In this document: positions 11,319 through 24,208 of the stretch, one piece after another
Position numbering within the stretch: the first letter of the stretch is position 1
Layout of the letters: each line of letters begins with the position of its first letter
Assembly (NCBI GenBank): GCA_964016885.1
Contig: OZ024741.1
Coordinates: forward strand, 388,864,001-388,928,000
DNA length: 64,000 nucleotides
From: Eledone cirrhosa
Taxonomy: Eukaryota
Direction: 5' to 3'
Position numbers and translations under genes: made by a program
Notes under the pieces: generated by a model
What the model was told of the DNA's origin: nothing
The model's input: only the letters and a program-made list of their open reading frames with translations
Database searches by the model: none

Positions 11319-11569
11319 TACTCATGTAAAAGTTGAAATACATATTGATCTATCTTATATAAAAAAAAAGATGGTGTAATGTACAAACTATTAATAATAT
11401 AATCTTAGTGAACTTTGGCCAAGCTGTATTGCTACCTGTAATTGTTTATATGACAAGCAGACAGATGAAGCAGAAATTAAATATTTCCTTAAAGATACAT
11501 ATTACTACTGTATTCATCTAGATTTATCTAGATAATGCAGGTTAATGTTAAATATAACTATTGGTATTT

Positions 11570-12020
11570 ATAACTGTGGTGCAGTAATGTGCCAGCTTTA
11601 GCATTCGGTTATTAGAAGGGAGATAGGGGTAAACACCAAACTTACTATCTTCAATTCAGTATTTGTGCCAATTCTTACCTGTGGTCATGAGTCTTGGGAA
11701 ATGACTGAAATAATACGATTGTAAATACAAGTGGCCGAAATGGGGTTCCTCTAAAGGGTCTCTGGAGTAACATTACTCGATAGAGTGCATAACATGGAGA
11801 TCAGAGAGTTGCTCCAGGTAGAGCTGCTACTTCTCCGAATTGACAGATCACAGCTCCAATATTACGGGCATATGGTTAGAATGTTTCAGGACAGGAGACC
11901 CAGGGGTAAACCCTGAGCAAGATGGTTGGATAACATCCATGAGCTCAGCTGGTCTTGCTTGGGGATTTAGTTGGATCAATTGGAGAATGTTGCTTTTGAC
12001 AGGACTCGTTGGAAATAAAT
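11570..12020 (+). mobile_element. Rex3/Expander-like RTE 3' fragment
   Basis: Translates to KLTIFNSVFVPILTCGHESWEMTE...QVAEMGFL..., QLQYYGHMVRM. Same family as 19230-19540 and 26350-26950. Confidence 0.75.
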
Positions 12021-12739
12021 GAGTGAAGATGTGGTCTTACTTATGATTTCACTGTTAAGTATTTAATAGAACATATGTTTTGATGCATATATTAGAACAT
12101 AATGAAAAAACAACAGATTTCTTCATCATAAGATTTATGTTCAGGATAATACCTCGATTTACAAATGCTGATCTGTTGTCCATGAAGAACCAGTCAACTT
12201 TTATTTGAGATGCATGGGAAAATCTAAATTTGAGTAAAACAATTAGTGGGTTCACTAATTTTTACATGAATCTGTTTGGTAATTTTAAAAATATTTGTTC
12301 TACAATTTCTTTAGTAATGAGATATTTTTCATTGTTGTTAACGAGTGAGTTTCCCTTTCAGCTTTAGTATGTTATTCCTATCTACATAATTATACAGAAA
12401 CTTAATATGTATGTATGTGAAACAAGCATAGCTTTGTCATAACTAATGTAATATGAATGACACATTCTATGATTGAGGTTATTCATATGAACATTATAAC
12501 AATATGGCTTTAGTATTGAGTCTTGTAAGCAATTGAGATACCACTAAAGAGCTCATCTTCATAGAGCCATGTTCTGACACTTTAGTGTGTCTTAAAATTG
12601 CTTGAGGCCAGAAAATTTTATCTATAATTTTTTACAGAATAATATATAATTTTGGCTGTATTCTTCTCTTACATTATTAAGCTGAAGTTTGATGCATAAA
12701 TTCTTACATAAATGATGGTGAAAGGTTTTTAGATAAATA

Positions 12740-13240
12740 TAAAAAAACCTGGGACGACTTAATAAATTCCGACCTCACACACTTACACCTCTCCAAGACA
12801 ATGTCACTGGACCGAGATCTTTGGAGCTACACAGTAATACAGAAGACCCGCCTTACCTAAGTACAAAGTGAAACCTACTACAGTCAGTAGGCACCTCTAA
12901 CAAATACACCCCCGTCTCACTACCCCCACCCCATCCACACTACCCCTTTCAATGTAAAGTTATGTTGGTACCACAGCATCCAGTCCGAAACAAATGAGGT
13001 CGTGTAGGTGTCACGACAAAAAAACACACAGTCCACGCTGTAATGTGGCCGTGTAGGTAACACGGTAAAAACCTCCCAGTCCACACTGTAAATGTGGTTG
13101 GTGTTAGGAAGGGCATCCAGCCATAGAAAACCCGCCAGACAGTCCTATGTGAGCAAGACAACCACTCTTGCTTCAAGTGGGAAAACTCCCGTCCAAACCC
13201 ATGCAAACGTGGAAGATGGACGTTAAACGATGATGATGAT
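12740..13240 (+). mobile_element. 5'-truncated copy of the long-3'UTR RTE with an 8-bp TSD
   Basis: Reverse complement of 1452-1965; (GAT)n tail; GATAAATA at 12732-12739 and 13241-13248. Confidence 0.92.
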
Positions 13241-13481
13241 GATAAATACTTTGAAAGAAACATCTTAGGACCAAGGCAATTTGGTATTATCAGGGTTAAG
13301 TGTTTTGGTTATTAGCACAATGTAATGTTGGTGACATATCAACTGCTAACTTCTTGCCTATTTACCTGGTATATCTATTTACTCAGTTCATTCACATGCA
13401 CTCTCTTTGTGTACTCCATAGTCTATCCTATTCCCTCCACACATTGCAGGATTAAGTTGCTTGGTTTAATTATATTTCATT

Positions 13482-13515
<34 letters not shown>

Positions 13516-13800
13516 AAAAACTAAGTTGAATATTTAACAGTTTCCACATATTTCATTTTATTGTACTTTTTTAAGTATTTCTAATATAAATTGGCAATTT
13601 TATATTTTGAGCTAAGTATTGAGGTTCTGTTTTCCATTTTGTATCATGGAGGTAATAAATTAAAGATATCAAGAAGAAACTTTGTTGTTTTGAGTCTAAA
13701 ACTGGTTCAGCTTTCCCAAACAGGAATTGTCAAAGTATGTTTCTTTTGAGTATCTTATATGTCTGATTAAATGTTTAAATTGCTTTTTAATAAAGAATTG

Positions 13801-13823
13801 TTTTCTTTCTATTCTAGGTAAGT
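13801..13823 (+). other. Candidate recursive splice site (3'SS directly followed by 5'SS)
   Basis: TTTTCTTTCTATTCTAG|GTAAGT in non-repeat sequence. Confidence 0.45.
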
Positions 13824-14249
13824 GTAAAGGAAAATCTTTTATAAATTCTGCTTTTAAAGGTAATATATCTATTAGTTTCCTTTTTAAAATTATATCAAAA
13901 CATTACATTTTTTTCCAATAGCCTCATGCTCTTGTAAAAAATCAATACTGGAATTTTTATGGTTTATTCTGATTGTTGTGGTGGAACAGGAGGTGGCTTG
14001 GTGCATTTTTTAATAACCAAAATATATTGAATATAAGTTTAAAATTATTTTTATACCTTTTCAGTTTATTGTAAACTGCTAATCCTGTTTAGCTCTGATT
14101 AGAGTTGTATTTTGAATCACTAGAGGCAGTATGTTACTGTGTTTAATGAACAAAATGGAGATAACCAGATAGCAACAAAAAAATATTTGCCTCTTCGTTT
14201 GTTCAGTTCAACATTGTTTAAATTATCATGATGTTAAACAGATCCAAAT

Positions 14250-14440
14250 ATATATCGACTGGTGTTTAGACCCAGGTCATCTGATTATGATCAAAGACTT
14301 TCCATTCTTACTATCCTCCCTTTTTTTTTCTTATTTCTGGGATTACTTTGTTCAGTGTATCCTTCTTTAAGATGACAGAATGTAATTTGATGGATATTTA
14401 TTTGGCTGCTATTTCTAGAAGACCAAACAACCATATAGAC
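14250..14440 (+). repeat. Unclassified dispersed repeat (other copies ~22200-22600 and ~37240-37420; reverse copy ~15900-15980)
   Basis: Shared motifs GACCTATGATCAAA...CATTACATT...GTGATTTGA..GAGATTTGGCTGCTATTTCTA. Confidence 0.6.
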
Positions 14441-14624
14441 ACTTTAGAGATTGTTGCTCTGTTTTTATCTATAATGGTAGATTTTATAAGACTCTACAAG
14501 AGTGTAAATTCATAATACATTCTAATATAAAATAATTAAGGAATTACGTAGACAATGTTTACACTAAAACAACAATGAATTATTCAACAAATTATTGAGC
14601 TGTAATTTACTGAAGAATCATAAT

Positions 14625-14735
14625 CATCATCATCATCATTTTACGTCTGCTTTTCCCTGCTTGCAAGGGTTGGACGGGTCCTATTCAGCACAGCATCTCT
14701 CCATTTGTCACGGTCCTTTGTCACCTCCTCGGTAA
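14625..14735 (-). mobile_element. RTE 3' stub (short-UTR subfamily)
   Basis: Near-identical to 7411-7515, with (GAT)n tail. Confidence 0.85.
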
Positions 14736-16690
14736 ATATTAGTATTTGCAGAATGAAACAATTTGCTGGATGATAGATGATTTATCAAGTTTTATAAGCT
14801 TAACAATCTCTTACCATTTTAATACCAAACCTCCTGAAACTGCCCTTGGTTCTCTATAACTTTGTTTTTAAGTACTTTCATTTATCTCAAAACCTTGCAG
14901 TTTTATGTAAGAATATTTAAGTTATATCCGTGATCCTTAACTTGTCTGGGAGATCAGTAGTCCTGCTTCAGTACTGACTCGGTCTGTGAAAACCAGTCAA
15001 ACACTTGCTAGCAAGGAATGATGATGATGATGATGATTCCAAATGCCAGTAGAGAAGGGTTAAAAGGAATAGAATGAAGTTTCAGCTTTTATGAAAATGT
15101 CACTTCAGAAATGTTACATTTCTAATCAGAGTTGCCTGTGTTTTCTTAAACAACAAGCAATTTTTGTTTATTTTGTTGATACATTAAAAACACCTTTGAT
15201 AGGTTTCTAATTTTTGCAATCTTGTAGTTGTGGAGATAATTAGGTATAGAAGGCTGTCTTATGAGGAAACCTTAAGCTATACATTAACAATTTGTGATCA
15301 ACAGTGTTCCGTGAGACATTTTAAGAGCTAGCTGACACTGCACTAAATCTCTCTCTTTTTTCTTTTTTTCATTTTTATGAAAAATTGAATTGTGGTCATG
15401 GAAACTGTATGTAGGAATCTGAGTTAGTTTCATTTCATTTATCTATAATTATGTTTCATTTGGTAGGCAATTTGTATCCTGCTGAATATCCTGGATATAT
15501 TAATCCCTTTACAATTAACAATCACTAACCATAGTATAAACTCTTGGCAGCCATTGTTGTTTTGCTCTGAGCTGGCCCTAGTTATGCTTCAATCATAATG
15601 AGAATAATAATGAGAAAGTTAGTTATATTATATCCATCCAAATTAATTATTATCAAAATAAGAAATATGGTAACAAAGGAATTCATCAACAAGATCCTAG
15701 GACTCATTCAAATAGGGTGGAACTCATCAAATTGGACCAAGGAAACAATGTTTCCATTGGTCTTTCCATTGCTGATACTATCTATTAGTTGCAACTCCTT
15801 GCAGAAGGAGCAACATGAAATAAAGTGTTTTCTCAAGAGTATAACACAACAAAAATGTTTAAAAAAGCAAAATCACTTTAGATGATATAGTCCTAGGCAC
15901 ACCCTGCTTAAAAATAAGACGGGATGGTCATGACTGGAATAATTTCATCATGGGTTTAGTCAGGCAGCACAGAGCTAGATGAAATTATACTTTGTTGCTG
16001 AATCAATATTTTGATTCAATGCTTGATAATATGCTTTCAGAACATTTTTTTAAAAGAAATCTAAAACATAACAAGGAATGGTCATTAAGTAAATACCAGT
16101 TAATAATTTCTTCATAAATTCTTATGAATATTTCATATGAACTGAACATTTTCCAGAAATTTTATAATTTGACTATACATATTGATTATTATATACATAT
16201 TTTTGAAAAAAAATTCATTTTTATTCCAATAAATGAAACAATTTATTCTTGAAATTGAGGAAAAAATAAAATAACGAACACCTAAGAATATTGTAGACTT
16301 TCTGTGAAATGAATTGTTGAAATTTAGTTTCAGTGGTTAAATTAAGTAGATTTTTTATTCAACTGCATTAATTCAAAATGCATCTGGTTGATTAGTTAAG
16401 CATTTTTTTTTTTTTTTTTTTTTTTTTTTTGGTTTTCTTCATCTATTTTATAATTCTAGAAAATTTGTTTTGAATTCGAAATTTATTGCATTCTATATTA
16501 TTTTCTTCTTAATTATTTTAAAGTTCAATTTCAATCTCTCATTTTCTTTCTTCTCTTTCTCCCTCCCTATCTTTTCTTTCCGATCTCTCTCTCTCTCTCC
16601 CTATCTCTCTTCTTTTCTTTCTATCTCTCTTTGTCATGTTTGGTTTTCTTTCTATCTCTCGCCCTTCCTCCCCTCTCTCCCTTGTTTGTT

Positions 16691-18596
16691 GTCTTGTCTC
16701 CCCATGAAATATGTTCTCTTAACCTTTCCTTTGTATATGTGACATGGTCTTGTCTCCCCATGAAATATGGTCTCTTAACCTTTCCTTTGTATATGCGACA
16801 TGGTCTTGTCTCCCCATGAAATATGTTCTCTTAACCTTTCCTTTGTATATGTGACATGGTCTTGTCTCCCCATGAAATATGTTCTCTTAACCTTTCCTTT
16901 GTATATGTGACATGGTCTTGTCTCCCCATGAAATATGTTCTCTTAACCTTTCTTTTGTATATGTGACATGGTCTTGTCTCCCCATGAAATATGTTCTCTT
17001 AACCTTTCCTTTGTATATGTGACATGGTCTTGTCTCCCCATGAAATATGGTCTCTTAACCTTTCCTTTGTATATGTGACATGGTCTTGTCTCCCCATGAA
17101 ATATGTTCTCTTAACCTTTCCTTTGTATATGTGACATGGTCTTGTCTCCCCATGAAATATGTTCTCTTAACCTTTCCTTTGTATATGTGACATGGTCTTG
17201 TCTCCCCATGAAATATGTTCTCTTAACCTTTCCTTTGTATATGTGACATGGTCTTGTCTCCCCATGAAATATGGTCTCTTAACCTTTCCTTTGTATATGT
17301 GACATGGTCTTGTCTCCCCATGAAATATGTTCTCTTAACCTTTCCTTTGTATATGTGACATGGTCTTGTCTCCCCATGAAATATGTTCTCTTAACCTTTC
17401 CTTTGTATATGTGACATGGTCTTGTCTCCCCATGAAATATGTTCTCTTAACCTTTCCTTTGTATATGTGACATGGTCTTGTCTCCCCATGAAATATGTTC
17501 TCTTAACCTTTCCTTTGTATATGTGACATGGTCTTGTCTCCCCATGAAATATGTTCTCTTAACCTTTCCTTTGTATATGTGACATGGTCTTGTCTCCCCA
17601 TGAAATATGTTCTCTTAACCTTTCCTTTGTATATGTGACATGGTCTTGTCTCCCCATGAAATATGTTCTCTTAACCTTTCCTTTGTATATGTGACATGGT
17701 CTTGTCTCCCCATGAAATATGTTCTCTTAACCTTTCCTTTGTATATGTGACATGGTCTTGTCTCCCCATGAAATATGTTCTCTTAACCTTTCTTTTGTAT
17801 ATGTGACATGGTCTTGTCTCCCCATGAAATATGTTCTCTTAACCTTTCCTTTGTATATGTGACATGGTCTTGTCTCCCCATGAAATATGTTCTCTTAACC
17901 TTTCCTTTGTATATGTGACATGGTCTTGTCTCCCCATGAAATATGTTCTCTTAACCTTTCTTTTGTATATGTGACATGGTCTTGTCTCCCCATGAAATAT
18001 GTTCTCTTAACCTTTCCTTTGTATATGTGACATGGTCTTGTCTCCCCATGAAATATGTTCTCTTAACCTTTCCTTTGTATATGTGACATGGTCTTGTCTC
18101 CCCATGAAATATGTTCTCTTAACCTTTCCTTTGTATATGTGACATGGTCTTGTCTCCCCATGAAATATGTTCTCTTAACCTTTCCTTTGTATATGTGACA
18201 TGGTCTTGTCTCCCCATGAAATATGTTCTCTTAACCTTTCTTTTGTATATGTGACATGGTCTTGTCTCCCCATGAAATATGTTCTCTTAACCTTTCCTTT
18301 GTATATGTGACATGGTCTTGTCTCCCCATGAAATATGTTCTCTTAACCTTTCCTTTGTATATGTGACATGGTCTTGTCTCCCCATGAAATATGTTCTCTT
18401 AACCTTTCCTTTGTATATGTGACATGGTCTTGTCTCCCCATGAAATATGTTCTCTTAACCTTTCTTTTGTATATGTGACATGGTCTTGTCTCCCCATGAA
18501 ATATGTTCTCTTAACCTTTCTTTTGTATATGTGACATGGTCTTGTCTCCCCATGAAATATGTTCTCTTAACCTTTCTTTTGTATATGTGACATGGT
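16691..18596. repeat. 56-bp minisatellite, 34 near-identical copies
   Basis: Unit GTCTTGTCTCCCCATGAAATATGTTCTCTTAACCTTTCCTTTGTATATGTGACATG; exact 56-bp period, no spacers. Confidence 0.98.
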
Positions 18597-19009
18597 AACT
18601 AAATAAATGGAAGTCTTATGTTGATATTAAGAAAGCCAGTTATTATTTTAGTAACTATCTGTTTACTCCTTTAAAGAAACCAAACAACAAAACTAAACAA
18701 TTCCACCTGCAAGTTCAATTTGAAAGCATTTTATGTTTTCAACACTTCATTAGGTATATTAAAATAAAACATAATTGAGATATATTTATGAGAGCTTTTA
18801 AATTTCCTTTTCTTTCCTGTTAAATTTTAATGAGTCATTTGCATTATATTTCGTTTTAATTAAGACAATGATTGAAAAAAAAAAATTCATATCCTTATTA
18901 ATTTGATATGCTTTATAATTTTATCTTTTAGTAAATATCTAGGTGTCTGAATTATTGATTTTGGTTTCTTACACAACATAAAGCTTTATACATTTCTAGT
19001 ATAGATTAA

Positions 19010-19559
19010 CCCTTTTGCTAACAAACTGCCTGAAATAACCTTTGCTTCTATGATAGAAAATTGTATTTTCTTTTTCATGGCATTCATATTTATCTAAATA
19101 CCTTCCATTTTATGTAAGAATCTTTAAGTTAGGTTTTAAACATCAGCTTAATAATATATTTAGTTATATTCCTAGATACCTCCAAATGTTTTTGTTATTT
19201 TCAAAAATATTTGAAAATCATAGACACAGTTTTCTTCTTGACCTACTTATTCCTAGGAGGGTCGTGGGGGGAAGAGTTCTCAAGTACTCCTTTCAGCAGG
19301 TCCTGTCAAAAGCAACCACCTTTCATTGATCTGGCTGAATCCCCAAGCAAGACCAGCCAAGCTCATGGATGTTATCCAACCATTTTGCTCAGGGTCTGCC
19401 CCTGAGTCTCCTGCCAGTTGTTTTTTTTTACCATAAAATCTGTCAAGTGATTCTCTCCTGAGACAGTCTAACCACGTCCATAATATCAGAGCTGTGATTT
19501 GTCATTTCGGAGAAGTAACGACTGTACTTGGAGCCATTAGAAATATAGTAACTGAAGGG
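19010..19559. mobile_element. piggyBac-like MITE with a nested Rex3-like RTE 3' fragment (19230-19540, -)
   Basis: TTAA|CCCTT...AAGGG|TTAA ends; the internal segment matches 26340-26590. Confidence 0.65.
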
Positions 19560-19607
19560 TTAAATTGCAATTTTTTTTAGATTTTTAGTATTAGCTCTTT
19601 CAAACTA

Positions 19608-20081
19608 CCATATATATTCAAATATAAGCTGATCTCCTTTTTTTTTTTTGAGAAACTGGCAAAAATCTAAACTCTATTTATAAGCCAGTGCAAATAATCA
19701 ACACATTATGTTTAGATGGTGCAGTTTGGAAATTCTCATGAAGTTTTAGTATTTTGATATTTAAAATGTTTTCACTGTCGGTTAGAGTATATATTTTTTC
19801 ACAACTCCATTACATAATGATTTTTTTGCCAATTTCAATCATATTCATTCAAAACAAAAAAAAAACACACTCGGAAATACAAATTTTGTCTTGAAAGTGA
19901 AACCAGTGTAATATTCATCTCCAAAGTGAAAATATTTTAGCACATGATTTACATAGAATTTTAAAGTAGGTGAAGGCAAAATATTAACCTCGAATACAAA
20001 TTGACGCCCCCCCCCCCTCCTCCCAATTTTACTATCAGTCTTTCTTGTCATATTTCTCGGCTTATATACAAGTATATATTG
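19608..20081. mobile_element. Tc1/mariner-superfamily (Tc2/pogo-like) MITE
   Basis: TA|CCATATATATTCAAATATAAGCTGA ... TCGGCTTATATACAAGTATATATTG|TA: imperfect TIRs with TA flanks. Confidence 0.65.
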
Positions 20082-20824
20082 TAAACACTGGGCACTTGGC
20101 TGACTGAAAATTTATGCATCATTATCTCTGGAATAAAATTATAATTGATAAAGTGATCTTAATATTGTATTTTAGACAAATAGATTTTTTTTTTAGTGAT
20201 TAATTCTTTCATACATTCCCAATGGAATTTTTCAAGTCCAAAATAGTTGAATTAGAGAACAGAATCCATTTTTTTCCCATTACCCTAAAAATTAAGCCTA
20301 TCTAATTGTCAAATCAAAAATGTAGCATCTGTCATTGTCAATTAATCTCAAAATAAAAATTAAAAAAATTTTTTTTTTTTTTCCTTTTGAGTTGTAAATG
20401 GAAGTTTTGAGGTTTGTTCCTACTATGTTTGTATTATTATTGAATTAGAGTTATCTTAAATTCTTTTATGATAATAAACTGTCAGGTATATGGGAGAAAG
20501 TAAATTTATATATTGTGCAGCACCAGTTAGCTTTGTTGAACTTATGACATAGGACTTATCTGCAAAACACTTAAATCATCTACAAAACTCGAAATATCTC
20601 ACAATTTTGGCTCAACTAGAAAATTTACCATTTCACTTTGTTTGGCTGTGGTTATACTGTCCAGAATTAGAAAGGAAGGTTTGAGTATTGCATTAGCAAT
20701 TAAAGCAATTTGTATTTATGTTTCTGGCTCTTTTTATGCTTTTAGTAGTGTGTTATTGATATTTATAAGCTTTCTTATTGACTTATCTAGCTATGGATGG
20801 TGATAGCTTAGTGTTATGTATTAA

Positions 20825-21040
20825 CCCTTTTGTTACCATATTTCTAATGAAAAAGCAGCCTGTGTATATCAATCAATTTTGAAGAATATAATAAAATGAC
20901 TAACCAGATGTTTATTACTTAATAAACATTTCTTAAATAAAGCTAGGATGGAAAGTTTTAATATAAGTATGAACATTTTAAAATGAGCAGTTGTATATCA
21001 TAAAACCAAGGTGGTTTTAGGCATATTGGTATCAAAAGGG
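20825..21040. mobile_element. piggyBac-like MITE
   Basis: TTAA|CCCTTTTGTTACCA...TGGTATCAAAAGGG|TTAG. Confidence 0.65.
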
Positions 21041-21291
21041 TTAGAGTATTTCAATAGTCGATATATTTATGAGAGTTTCAGTGACATTTTAATTCTTTGG
21101 CAAAGAAAAAACAATAAAAACAAGCAAACAAACCAAAAAAGAAGATAAACTGGTATGTTTTTTTACTTGTCATCTCGTGTGCTAAAGACATACTGGTACA
21201 ATTTCTATTCCTCATCATTTGTGTGCTGAAGACAAACTGGTACATTTTTGTTAGTTTGAGAAGCACAGGTCCAGACAAGGTAAATAAAGTA

Positions 21292-21482
21292 CCGTGTATG
21301 CTTGAATATAAGCCAACTCCTCTATTTTATATCTGAGAAATGGTCAAAAATCCAAACCTTATTTATGTAGGATTTAAAATTGGTGAAAATTGTCAAAATG
21401 ATGACCCGACCCTTCTACCATCGATTTTTTTTTTTTATTTTTTTGCTCATATATTCCTTAGCTTATATTTGAGTATATATGG
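21292..21482. mobile_element. Tc2/pogo-like MITE (same family as 19608-20081)
   Basis: TA|CCGTGTATGCTTGAATATAAGC ... GCTTATATTTGAGTATATATGG|TA. Confidence 0.7.
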
Positions 21483-22329
21483 TAACTCATATTTTAAAAT
21501 AATTTTTTGAAAAATGCAAAAATTAACATGTAATCCTGGCCTGGACAGTTAAATACCAAAATTGGGACTGGCACTGAAAAAGTTAAAATAGTTATGGCAA
21601 CATTCACTTAGTTAGGTGGCCTGTGTGTATTTCTATAGTAATAGGTTTTCTGGGATTTCTTTATATTTAAATGATTACCTATTATTATAAAAACACTAAT
21701 TTTAAAATATCTCTATTAGAAAGAAATGTTTTGCACATATTGGACAAATTTAAAAACGGTCTTTAGGGCAATTTTTTTCTCCTTCCTGACATGAAAGTAA
21801 AGTAGTTTCTGAGTTTGAAGAATAATGCAAAATATTGAGTTTATTTTAAATTGTCATAATTTTATATCCATTTTTACTGCCATACACAAAATAACTTAAT
21901 AGAGATGACATTCGTTTTGTCAAAATTGTTTACAGTATTTGTAATTGGAGTTGAAAGATGAAAAAAGTTGCTTTTAAGAAATGAAAATAATTTAACAAGT
22001 TATTTGATTACACTACAAAATATAATTAGTTTCCAATTAAACAAAGTTAAATGTGTGCATGTTAAAGGAAATTGAAATATTACATTGTATATTTTACTAG
22101 CTTACTTTAACTGGTTTCATTCTTTCCCTAATGTTAGTCTGTAAATACTTTATTTCTGTAAACCCAAAGACTGTTGGATATCGCGTGTATTAAATATTGT
22201 TGTTTAGAATCAGATCAATCCTTAGTGATTAGACCTATGATCAAATGCATTCTATCTGCAACCTGTCTTTTGGGGGGTATATAGGATTACATTATCTAAT
22301 GTGCCCCCTTCCTATTTAAAATGACAAAA

Positions 22330-22552
22330 ATCACCTAGTCCGTATTGTGAAGAGGTTATATTGGTACCACGATAAAAGCACCAAGTCCATGCTGTAAATG
22401 TGGTTGGCATTAAGAAAGGCATAGAAATCAAGCCAGAAACAATTGTGTGTGAGCAAGACTTGGTCATCTATTCTAACTTGTTTTAGAATGGGACAACTCG
22501 TCTAATTCATGCTAGTGTGGAGAAATGGATGTTAAACAGTGATGATGGTGAT
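22330..22552 (+). mobile_element. Decayed RTE/SINE 3'-UTR fragment interrupting a dispersed repeat
   Basis: GTGGTTGGCATTAAGAAAGGCAT module, terminal stem and GATGATG tail. Flanked by ATGACAAA/ATGGCAAA (possible TSD). Confidence 0.65.
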
Positions 22553-22944
22553 GGCAAAGTGTGATTTGAATGAGATTTGGCTGCTATTTGAAGCAATTAA
22601 ATAAATGTTCCCTTGTTATATTGCCTTTGAAATAGTGTTCTCAACTATTATACTTCTCTATTTTATATATTACATTATAAATGGAAACCTATAAAGTTTG
22701 ATTTGAGACAGCAGCTGTATTTGCTTATGTAAGTTATTCTGTAAGTTCATGTTCAAAATTTGTATCTTCACATATAGATTTCTGCTTTTCAAATGCCTGC
22801 TTCAAAAATCTTAGTTTTTTTTTTAATTATTACTAGAAGTTGTTTTAAACTTGTCATGTTCTTTTAAAATGATTTTATGTATATTGTAATTTACATTATT
22901 GATATTAAACAGATTCTTTTTTTTATTTTATTTTTTTTTTGCAG

Positions 22945-23153
22945 ATGTTTTTCACTTTATATTTATGTTTCATGACAAGCAATTAAGCTGTGTACAATAT
23001 AGTAATTGGCAAACATCCTAATTAAAATGCTTTCACCACTTACTGATTATTTTACTTCTCTAGTGTTTTTAATGTCTGGCCAGTGTCACAATATAATTAT
23101 ACGAATAAGTGATAAGAATGGAAGAAATATATTTATCACAAGATGCAGAGGAG
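22945..23153 (+). other. Candidate host exon (5'UTR plus start MEEIYLSQDAEE at 23118, or another frame)
   Basis: Long T tract plus GCAG acceptor at 22941-22944 and GAG|GTGGGT donor at 23154, in non-repeat sequence. Confidence 0.45.
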
Positions 23154-23363
23154 GTGGGTTCTAACTAAAGATAGGAAAAGCGCTTTTTTGTTTGTTTTTT
23201 ATTCATGAACTGCTTAAAAGCGAGTAATCTTTTATGGGTATTACTACTATCCTTTGAATCTGATTACCTTTTATTTTTGTTTATATGTTATCATTTATGC
23301 TATATTTTTCATAAAACAGAAAATATAGCACTAAGACAATTTTGATCAACATTATTTAGCCAA

Positions 23364-23546
23364 AGGGCAGTGAATTGGCAGTATCAGTAGAGGGTCGGAC
23401 ATGCTTTCCAGCATAGTTACGTCCCTTTACGATCTGAGTTCAAATCCTGCCGAGGTTAACTTTGCCTTTCATCCATACGGGGTTGATAAAATAAAGGACC
23501 AGTAATGTACTGGGTAATTGCTGGCCTTGTGTCAAAAGTAGAAACA
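23364..23546 (+). mobile_element. tRNA-derived SINE with Meta/MESC-like central domain, 13-bp TSD
   Basis: B box GAGTTCAAATCC, core GCCTTTCATCC..CGGGGT.GATAAAATAAAG.ACCAG, TSD ATTATTTAGCCAA. Confidence 0.88.
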
Positions 23547-24208
23547 ATTATTTAGCCAACATTAGGTTAGTCGAGGTTAATCATTATTCCTTATCATAAT
23601 TTTTACCTGGTTGATAATCAATGTCATTAGTGTCAATGAAAAAAATCAGTGTCTATAGTGCTTGAAGTAGTCTCCCCACTCTATCACTGAGTTTAATTAT
23701 CAGTTTATGTAGGTCTGTGTTTCAGTGTAGGTATGTAGGACATGTGTATGGGTTAGGGCTCAATGAGGATGATTAGGGTAGTATTTGGTTCCGAATTTGA
23801 GAGGTGAGAATGTGTGGAAAAGTGGGAGGGCTACACGTTCAACAAGTTTAGAAGTGCAAATGTTGTGGTTGTTGCCTGCTAATCTCCATCTTAAAAAGAT
23901 CAGAAAGAAAAAGAAACAATAGGATCCAGAATATTTATTTGGCTGCTGTCCCATATCAAATACATGAGGAGTACTTTAATATAGATGATGCACTTATATC
24001 TTGAAATAACATTTATGTTAAAGTATAATTTCATTCAAATTTGTAAAATCTCTACTTAAGTGAATAAGATTTAATTCTGCAGGAGAATCAGGAGACATAG
24101 TTTTAGGAAAGTGTTCTCAAAATTTTCTGATTTAAATTTTTTCATTTCATTTTTTTTTTTTTTTTCTGATCATCTATTGGTCTCCACTTGTCTGTTCATC
24201 ATCATTAA

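Noticed and set aside
16691-18596. CRISPR-like array
   Set aside because: Units are contiguous and near-identical with no unique spacers, there are no cas genes, and the context is eukaryotic.
23364-23460. tRNA genes suggested by A/B boxes (also 27560-27645, 34140, 40200)
   Set aside because: No complete cloverleaf; each continues into a SINE core and tail with TSDs.
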